Source: an uncultured Oscillospiraceae bacterium
GTDB taxonomy: Bacteria > Bacillota > Clostridia > Oscillospirales > QAMX01
Reading direction: 5' to 3'
NCBI GenBank assembly: GCA_964515055.1
Contig: CAZEUG010000001.1
Span: forward strand, 21,921 to 85,920
DNA: 64,000 bases
This document shows positions 38,802 to 45,454 of this stretch, piece by piece; position 1 is the stretch's first letter; each line of letters opens with the position of its first letter. Both the position numbers and the translations under genes were made by a program. The notes under the pieces were generated by a model, which saw nothing but the letters and a program-made list of their open reading frames with translations, had not been told where the DNA came from and did not search any database.

Positions 38802-39599
38802 ATGATTCAGCTTGGCGTCAATACCGTTTTGTATAAGGCATTTTCTCTGCGGGAAGCCGTGGAAAATCTGAAAAAAATCGGCTATGACGGATTTGAAATT
38901 TCAGCCATTGAAGGAATGTGCGAACACCTGAACCTCAATGACTGGCGCAGTCAGAAAAATGAGATTTCGGAGCTCTGCGAAGAATTTGATATGAAAATTC
39001 TTGCGACAGAGGTGGCCAGCACGGATCCTGCCCGCCTGACGCTTGCATTTGAAGCGGCCAGAGAACTGGGCATCCCTGTTGTCAACATCGGCCCGCGGGG
39101 CAAATCCGATGATGAAGCCGATCTGGTCGACTGCATCGCCCACATGAACACGCTGGCAAAGCTCGCCGAAAGCTATGAAGTGACGCTGTGCATGAAGGCA
39201 CACGTCGGCTCCAGCGTCTACAGCACACCGACTACACTTCGCATGATCGAAGGCGTCAAGAATCCGTACTTCGGAATCGATATGGACCCCAGCCATATTT
39301 TCCGCTGCGGAGAGGAACCGGAGAACGCACTGTCCGCCGTTCTCCCGGCCATGCGTCATATCCATATCCGTGACTGCCACGGAAGACAGCAATCGCCCGG
39401 CCTGCCGCTTCAGCAGACCTGCGGCACAGGTGATATCAATTTGCGCGGCTATCTGGCCGAAATGGTCAAGCAGGGCTATCAGGGCCCGGTCGATCTCGAA
39501 GTGATCGGACCGGAACTGTCGCTGGCGGATGCCAACATCGTCGCCGCCGAGAGCTACGGTTATCTGAATGCCTGCCTGAAAGAGCTGGGCGCCCGCTGA
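38802..39599 (+). CDS. Xylose isomerase-like TIM-barrel protein (sugar phosphate isomerase/epimerase family)
   Basis: The N-terminus LGVNTVLYKAFSLREAVENLKKIGYDGFEIS and the HIHIRD metal-site motif are typical of this fold. Confidence 0.8.
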   Translation: MIQLGVNTVLYKAFSLREAVENLKKIGYDGFEISAIEGMCEHLNLNDWRSQKNEISELCEEFDMKILATEVASTDPARLTLAFEAARELGIPVVNIGPRGKSDDEADLVDCIAHMNTLAKLAESYEVTLCMKAHVGSSVYSTPTTLRMIEGVKNPYFGIDMDPSHIFRCGEEPENALSAVLPAMRHIHIRDCHGRQQSPGLPLQQTCGTGDINLRGYLAEMVKQGYQGPVDLEVIGPELSLADANIVAAESYGYLNACLKELGAR

Positions 39600-39615
39600 A
39601 AAGGAGGACTTTCTA

Positions 39616-41001
39616 ATGAAAAAAAAGCCGAATATTCTGTTCCTTGGCATTGATTCCTGCCGAGCCCTCAATCTGAGCCTCTGCGGGTATCACCGCCAGA
39701 CCACGCCGCATATCGACCGCATGGCGGAGGACGGCGTCAATTTCGTCAACTGCTTCTCTCCGAGCATTCCGACCCCTCCGGGCTATTCCGCACTGCTGAC
39801 CGGTCGGGACTGCTTCGGCACCGGCGTCGTGACGCTGCGCAATGTGCCGGAACTCGAAAAGGGCATCACGCTGCAGGAAGAACTGGCCAAAAACGGCTAC
39901 AACTGCACCTGCATCGGCTTCGGTGAGGAACCGTATACCCATGGCTTCCATAAATACATCAACTACTCCGGCTGGGGCGCAGACCGCCCGGACGGCAAAT
40001 CGCACAAAGCGGAAAACATGAACGACGTCGCCATCCCCGAGCTGAAACGCCTGGCCGCGGAGGATCAGCCGTTCTTCCTCTTCCTGCGCCACATGGATCC
40101 GCATTCCCCGTACCTCCCGCCGGCACCGTTCGACCGGATGTTCCACTCCGGTGACGAATGCGACCCGAACAACCACTCCCTGGACGATCTCTACAACTTC
40201 AAACCGTTCCGCGACTATTTCTGTGAATGGTTCCCGGCCGGATGCACCGACAAGGAATATGTCAACGCCCAGTACGACGGCGCCATCGCCTACATGGACA
40301 GCTGCATTCAGCGCATCTTCACCACTGTGAAGGAACTCGGCATCGAGGACGAAACGCTGATTGTTCTGACGAGTGACCACGGCGAAACGCTGGACGAGCA
40401 TGAATGCTACTATGACCACCACGGCCTGTATGAATGCACGCTGCACGTCCCGCTGGTCTTCAAATTCCCGGGCATTGTGCCGGAAGGCTATGTGTTTGAC
40501 GATTATGTCCAGCAGAAGGACGTCATGCCGACGATCCTGGAGCTGCTTGGCATCGAGACTGACCTGAAATTCGACGGCCGCAGCCTTGTCCCGTTCTGGA
40601 CGGGCGAAGAACGCGCTGCCGAACCGGAAATGTACCTGACCGAGTCCACCTGGATGCGGAAGCACGGCTGGCGGACACCGGAATGGAAGCTGATCGTCGC
40701 ACTGGAGCCGGACTTCCACTTCAAGCCACAGGTGGAGCTCTACAACCTGATCAAGGATCCGGACGAGCTGCATAACGTCGCAGACGAGGAACCGGAAGTC
40801 GTGAAAATGCTCACCAAGCGCATGGAAGACCACATCGCAAAGCGCAAAGCGGCCTACCAGACGGAAAACCCGATCGACCTGGCCGGAACGAAATGGAACC
40901 CGCTGGGCCGTCCGTTCGAATCCTGCGAGGAAGCGTACAACACCCTGCACATCGGCGACGCCAGCGCGGCACAGAAGCTCCAGTCGCACGAAAAGAAATA
41001 A
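39616..41001 (+). CDS. Sulfatase-fold (alkaline phosphatase superfamily) enzyme lacking the Cys/Ser-x-Pro-x-Arg formylglycine motif; no signal peptide
   Basis: NILFLGIDSCRALNLSLCGY, TSDHGE and the overall layout match type I sulfatases. The position of CxPxRxxxLTG reads TPPGYSALLTG. Confidence 0.75.
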   Translation: MKKKPNILFLGIDSCRALNLSLCGYHRQTTPHIDRMAEDGVNFVNCFSPSIPTPPGYSALLTGRDCFGTGVVTLRNVPELEKGITLQEELAKNGYNCTCIGFGEEPYTHGFHKYINYSGWGADRPDGKSHKAENMNDVAIPELKRLAAEDQPFFLFLRHMDPHSPYLPPAPFDRMFHSGDECDPNNHSLDDLYNFKPFRDYFCEWFPAGCTDKEYVNAQYDGAIAYMDSCIQRIFTTVKELGIEDETLIVLTSDHGETLDEHECYYDHHGLYECTLHVPLVFKFPGIVPEGYVFDDYVQQKDVMPTILELLGIETDLKFDGRSLVPFWTGEERAAEPEMYLTESTWMRKHGWRTPEWKLIVALEPDFHFKPQVELYNLIKDPDELHNVADEEPEVVKMLTKRMEDHIAKRKAAYQTENPIDLAGTKWNPLGRPFESCEEAYNTLHIGDASAAQKLQSHEKK

Positions 41002-41019
41002 GCAGAACCGGAGAAGGAT

Positions 41020-42021
41020 ATGCAAAGAGTTTGTGTGATTGGCCTTGGCCATATCGGAAATCTGCATTCGCGGATTTATCAGGGGTGCCAGGAGGCAGAG
41101 CTGGTCGGCGTGTGCGACCTGATTGAGGAGCGTGCAGCGGCCGCCGGAAAGGTCTATGGCGTTCCGTACTACCTGGACGCACAGCAAATGCTGGACGAGC
41201 TGAAGCCCGATCTGTGCAGCGTTGCGACAGGCGGCTATGAATACAGCTCAGACCATTACAAGCCGTCCATGCAGGTGCTGGCCTCCGGCGCACATCTGCT
41301 GTGCGAGAAGCCAATTTCCAATGACATCGGCCATGCGCGGGAAATGGTGGAGCTGGCAGAAAAGAACCATCGCTGCTTTGGCATCGACTTCAACCACCGC
41401 TTCACCCCGGCTTCCTTTGCCGCGGAACGCTGGCAGAAGGAAGGCCGCCTGGGTGACCTGCTGTTCTGCAATATGGCGCTCTGGATTGGCAAGCCCGGCT
41501 CCTTTGAATCGCCGTATTACCACCTCAAGGCGCTGAACCCGCATAGCGTGGACATGATGCGCCACTTCATGGGCGATGTCGAAAAGGTGCAGTGCTTCGC
41601 GATGAAAGCACCGGGGCGCGATATCTGGTCGAGCGCATCCATCAATATGTATTTCAAAAATGGAACCATCGGCCACCTGACCTCCAGCTATGACCTGGCT
41701 CGCGGTCATCCGATGGAACGCTGCGAGGTTGCTGGAACCAGGGGGAGAATGGTCATCGAGGATATGTGGCGCGAAGCGACACTGTACCCGGCTGACGATA
41801 TGACCAAGCTCTGCTATACGAATCCGGTCTTCGGCGGTTATTCCAACTTTGACGATACGTTCCGCTGCCGTATTGAGACGTTCGTCCGACAGGTGGACGG
41901 TGGTGCAGCACCGGAGGAGATCAACGGCAGCGGCCGGGACGGCCTGGAGGCGCAGCGCGTCATCCATGCGGCGATCAGAAGTCTGGATGAAGGACGGATC
42001 GTCGAGGTTGCCGAAATTTGA
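41020..42021 (+). CDS. Gfo/Idh/MocA family oxidoreductase (paralogue 2)
   Basis: MQRVCVIGLGHIGNLH Rossmann N-terminus and a CEKPIS motif. Confidence 0.85.
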   Translation: MQRVCVIGLGHIGNLHSRIYQGCQEAELVGVCDLIEERAAAAGKVYGVPYYLDAQQMLDELKPDLCSVATGGYEYSSDHYKPSMQVLASGAHLLCEKPISNDIGHAREMVELAEKNHRCFGIDFNHRFTPASFAAERWQKEGRLGDLLFCNMALWIGKPGSFESPYYHLKALNPHSVDMMRHFMGDVEKVQCFAMKAPGRDIWSSASINMYFKNGTIGHLTSSYDLARGHPMERCEVAGTRGRMVIEDMWREATLYPADDMTKLCYTNPVFGGYSNFDDTFRCRIETFVRQVDGGAAPEEINGSGRDGLEAQRVIHAAIRSLDEGRIVEVAEI

Positions 42022-42101
42022 CCCATCCCTGCATGAATTTGTCCCCAAACCCCGGCCGGCGTGTGCCGGGAAAACCATAAAAAACAGGAGTTGACATACT
42101 T

Positions 42102-43214
42102 ATGGCGATTAAAACAGGCGTCGTTGGTATGGGCGGCATCGGTTATACCCATGCACGCGCATATGCGGCGGACCCGCTGGCAGAGCTGATTGCTGTCTGC
42201 GATATCAACCGCGAAGTGGCCGACAAGGCCGCGGAAGAATTCCACGTCAAAGCGTATTATTCGCTCAAGGAAATGATCGAATCGGAGCCCGATCTGGAAG
42301 CCGTCTCGATCTGCACCAGCGGCTACGAAAACGCTTCCTTCCACTTTGAACCGGCCATGGAAGCCCTGTCCTACGGGAAAAAGGTGCTCTGCGAGAAGCC
42401 GCTCTGCGCGGACATCCGCGATGCGCGTGAGCTGGTCAAATACGCTCTGGACAACAAGCTCTATCTGGGCTGCGACCTGAACCACTATTTCACAGACCTT
42501 GCCCTGCAGGCCAAAAAGCTGCAGGAGGAAGGCAACATCGGCGAGCTGGCCTACTGCCTCCATAAGGTCGGCTTTGACGGCAGCGAAATCGGCTACGGCG
42601 GCGTCAATGACCCGAAATCCCGTTGGCTCAAGCCGTATTCCCACTGCAAGGCCTTCCTGACGCATCCGTTCTCCGTCATGCGCTACTTCTGCGGCGATAT
42701 CACCCACGTCCAGGCCTTCCTGGATCGTCCGGGCGTCCGCAAGACGGCGGGAGATCCGATGCTCTCCATCAACAGCGTCAACTGCAAGTTTGAAAAAGGC
42801 GGCGTCGGCGTCCTGCTCAGCCAGCGCGGCGATGCGCGGTTTGGTCTCGGCGGCTGGTGGAGCTATGAGCATGCCGGTACACGCGGCACGTTCTGCATCG
42901 AAAACTGCGTCGAAAAGCTGACGTATTGGCCGGGTCAGCGCAAAAACGAAGAGGGCAAACTCGAAATGCCTGAACCGGAAGTCACCAATACTGGCATCAA
43001 GAACTTTGATGCGACCTTCCCGAAGCGGATTCACGCCTGGCTGGAGGATCTGACCAACAAGGTTCACTACGAATTCATCCGCGCCTCCGGCCGCGATGCA
43101 CTGGCCACCCTCGAATACATCGAAGCGGTCATCCAGTCCTACGAAGCAGGCGGCGAGATGGTTCGTCCGCATCCGCTGCCGGCGATCCACGGCACCCCGG
43201 AATATATTCACTGA
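42102..43214 (+). CDS. Gfo/Idh/MocA family oxidoreductase (paralogue 3)
   Basis: IKTGVVGMGGIGYTHARAY Rossmann N-terminus and a CEKPLC motif. Its last 51 nt lie inside the tandem repeat. Confidence 0.85.
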   Translation: MAIKTGVVGMGGIGYTHARAYAADPLAELIAVCDINREVADKAAEEFHVKAYYSLKEMIESEPDLEAVSICTSGYENASFHFEPAMEALSYGKKVLCEKPLCADIRDARELVKYALDNKLYLGCDLNHYFTDLALQAKKLQEEGNIGELAYCLHKVGFDGSEIGYGGVNDPKSRWLKPYSHCKAFLTHPFSVMRYFCGDITHVQAFLDRPGVRKTAGDPMLSINSVNCKFEKGGVGVLLSQRGDARFGLGGWWSYEHAGTRGTFCIENCVEKLTYWPGQRKNEEGKLEMPEPEVTNTGIKNFDATFPKRIHAWLEDLTNKVHYEFIRASGRDALATLEYIEAVIQSYEAGGEMVRPHPLPAIHGTPEYIH

Positions 43215-43223
43215 CCTTTCAAA

Positions 43224-43267
43224 CCGCCTCTCCGATGCGCTCCAATCGCCCGGAGAGGCGGTTTTTC
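43224..43267 (+). terminator. Rho-independent terminator after oxidoreductase paralogue 3 (inside repeat copy 1)
   Basis: CCGCCTCTCCG...CGGAGAGGCGG followed by TTTTT. Confidence 0.85.
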
Positions 43268-43409
43268 TGTCGATTGCCCCGGACTGCTAACCGCCAGGGA
43301 CGCAAACGGCCGCACCGCCCCGTGTGCAACGAGTGGTCAGGCAGATCAAGGCCGGGACTGATTCCATCCGGATTCAGCCCCGGTTTTGGTGCGGAAAAAG
43401 AAGAGGTTC

Positions 43410-43438
43410 TTGCAATTTTTACATTTAAAGCGTATAAT
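43410..43438 (+). promoter_or_regulatory. SigA-type yggS promoter, copy 1
   Basis: TTGCAA, a 17-nt spacer, then TATAAT. Confidence 0.6.
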
Positions 43439-43510
43439 AAAAAAGACGATCGGAACCTGCAACGGACAGTACCCGAACCGCCCAAACCAAGCGAATGGAA
43501 GATGAATTGC

Positions 43511-44071
43511 ATGACAGAGCCGGAAACCAACCGGATTCAGGATATCCAACAGAAAATCAAAGCCATCCAGCTGCGCGTCGCCGAAAGTGCAGCACACGCC
43601 GGGCGGACGCCCGCCTCTGTCACCCTGCTGGCGGCGACAAAAACGCGAACCTGCGACGAGGTGCGCGCAGCCATTGATGCCGGAATTGACGCCGTCGGCG
43701 AAAACCGCGTGCAGGAGCTACGCGATAAGCTCGCGCTGCACGCATACGACGGCTGCCCGCTGCACCTGATCGGCCCACTGCAAACCAACAAGGTGAAATA
43801 CCTGATCGGCCATGTCGCCATGATTCACTCGGTTGATTCAACCCATCTGGCCGATTGCATCCAGCAGCTGTCAGCACGTGCTAATGTGCAGACGGACGTC
43901 CTGATCGAGGTCAACATCGGCGGAGAGGCCAGTAAATCCGGTGTCACCCCGACAGACGCACAGCGGTTGGCAGAGCATCTCCTGACGCTGTCCGCAGTTC
44001 GCCTGCGCGGACTGATGACCCGTCCGCATCCGCTGCCGGCGATCCACGGCACCCCGGAATATATTCACTGA
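43511..44071 (+). pseudogene. Chimeric ORF: first 170 codons of yggS fused in frame to the last 16 codons and stop of the upstream oxidoreductase
   Basis: The translation ends ...LRGLMT|RPHPLPAIHGTPEYIH*. It lacks the YggS C-terminal third (the SMGMSRD...RVGSAIFG region). It has its own promoter, RBS and terminator copies. Confidence 0.8.
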
Positions 44072-44080
44072 CCTTTCAAA

Positions 44081-44124
44081 CCGCCTCTCCGATGCGCTCC
44101 AATCGCCCGGAGAGGCGGTTTTTC
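44081..44124 (+). terminator. Duplicate of the 43224 terminator (inside repeat copy 2)
   Basis: Identical sequence at +857. Confidence 0.85.
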
Positions 44125-44266
44125 TGTCGATTGCCCCGGACTGCTAACCGCCAGGGACGCAAACGGCCGCACCGCCCCGTGTGCAACGAGTGGTCAGGCA
44201 GATCAAGGCCGGGACTGATTCCATCCGGATTCAGCCCCGGTTTTGGTGCGGAAAAAGAAGAGGTTC

Positions 44267-44295
44267 TTGCAATTTTTACATTTAAAGCGTATAAT
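44267..44295 (+). promoter_or_regulatory. SigA-type yggS promoter, copy 2
   Basis: Identical to 43410-43438. Confidence 0.6.
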
Positions 44296-44367
44296 AAAAA
44301 AGACGATCGGAACCTGCAACGGACAGTACCCGAACCGCCCAAACCAAGCGAATGGAAGATGAATTGC

Positions 44368-45102
44368 ATGACAGAGCCGGAAACCAACCGGATTCAGGAT
44401 ATCCAACAGAAAATCAAAGCCATCCAGCTGCGCGTCGCCGAAAGTGCAGCACACGCCGGGCGGACGCCCGCCTCTGTCACCCTGCTGGCGGCGACAAAAA
44501 CGCGAACCTGCGACGAGGTGCGCGCAGCCATTGATGCCGGAATTGACGCCGTCGGCGAAAACCGCGTGCAGGAGCTACGCGATAAGCTCGCGCTGCACGC
44601 ATACGACGGCTGCCCGCTGCACCTGATCGGCCCACTGCAAACCAACAAGGTGAAATACCTGATCGGCCATGTCGCCATGATTCACTCGGTTGATTCAACC
44701 CATCTGGCCGATTGCATCCAGCAGCTGTCAGCACGTGCTAATGTGCAGACGGACGTCCTGATCGAGGTCAACATCGGCGGAGAGGCCAGTAAATCCGGTG
44801 TCACCCCGACAGACGCACAGCGGTTGGCAGAGCATCTCCTGACGCTGTCCGCAGTTCGCCTGCGCGGACTGATGACCATTCCACCGGTCGGAGAAGAGCC
44901 GCGCCGCTATTTTGCGACCATGCGCACGCAGTTTGAGCAGATGCGTCAAAATCTGCCGGCTTCATTTGATACACTGTCTATGGGCATGAGCCGTGATTTC
45001 GAAACGGCCATTGAAGAAGGTGCAACCATTGTCCGCGTGGGCAGCGCGATTTTCGGCGCCCGCCCGGCCAATCCGGTTCGGAAAGCGGAGGAACAGGCAT
45101 GA
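44368..45102 (+). CDS. yggS: YggS-family pyridoxal-phosphate homeostasis protein (intact copy)
   Basis: LLAATKTR (PLP Lys), GENRVQEL, HLIGPLQTNKVKY, LRGLMTIPP and LSMGMSRDFETAIEEGATIVRVGSAIFG motifs. The start is 44368 or 44359. The ORF-track start at 44092 is rejected. Confidence 0.88.
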   Translation: MTEPETNRIQDIQQKIKAIQLRVAESAAHAGRTPASVTLLAATKTRTCDEVRAAIDAGIDAVGENRVQELRDKLALHAYDGCPLHLIGPLQTNKVKYLIGHVAMIHSVDSTHLADCIQQLSARANVQTDVLIEVNIGGEASKSGVTPTDAQRLAEHLLTLSAVRLRGLMTIPPVGEEPRRYFATMRTQFEQMRQNLPASFDTLSMGMSRDFETAIEEGATIVRVGSAIFGARPANPVRKAEEQA

Positions 45103-45425
45103 GCCATAAATCAGAAAATGTCGCCTTTGTCTGCGAAAACTGTGGAAAAGAAGTGCAGCCGGTGACAAACGGCAGCTATCGGAATCACTGCCCCTATTGC
45201 CTCTGCTCCAAACACGTAGACTGCCTGCCCGGCGATCGCGCAAGCACCTGCGGCGGAATTATGGATCCGGTCGGCATCCTTTACAATCCGGCCAAGGGCT
45301 GGCAGCTGATTCATCAATGCCGCACGTGCGGTACGCGCTCCAAAAACCGAATCGCGGAAGCGACCATCCAGGAAGACGACCAGGCGCAGATCCGCGCACT
45401 CATGCAGCGAACCGCCAGAGCATAA
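45099..45425 (+). CDS. RNHCP-domain zinc-ribbon protein
   Basis: Contains the literal SYRNHCPYC motif plus CENCG and CRTCG Cys pairs. Its ATG overlaps the yggS TGA (ATGA). Confidence 0.75.
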   Translation: MSHKSENVAFVCENCGKEVQPVTNGSYRNHCPYCLCSKHVDCLPGDRASTCGGIMDPVGILYNPAKGWQLIHQCRTCGTRSKNRIAEATIQEDDQAQIRALMQRTARA

Positions 45426-45454
45426 CGAACCCTTCAGAAAGGTACGGCTACACC

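Larger units (their letters stand above)
43164..44020. repeat. Tandem direct repeat, copy 1 (857 bp)
   Basis: Line-by-line comparison by eye shows it identical to 44021-44877. Confidence 0.93.
44021..44877. repeat. Tandem direct repeat, copy 2 (857 bp)
   Basis: Offset of exactly 857 nt from copy 1. All ORF-track ORFs recur with identical translations at +857. Confidence 0.93.

Noticed and set aside
44092-44367. N-terminal extension of the yggS ORF (and its duplicate at 43235-43510), giving a 336-aa protein.
   Set aside because: The extension reads through a rho-independent terminator and a TTGCAA-17-TATAAT promoter. Its translation is Arg/Pro-rich nonsense. YggS homology begins at MTEPETNRIQ... 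(44368).
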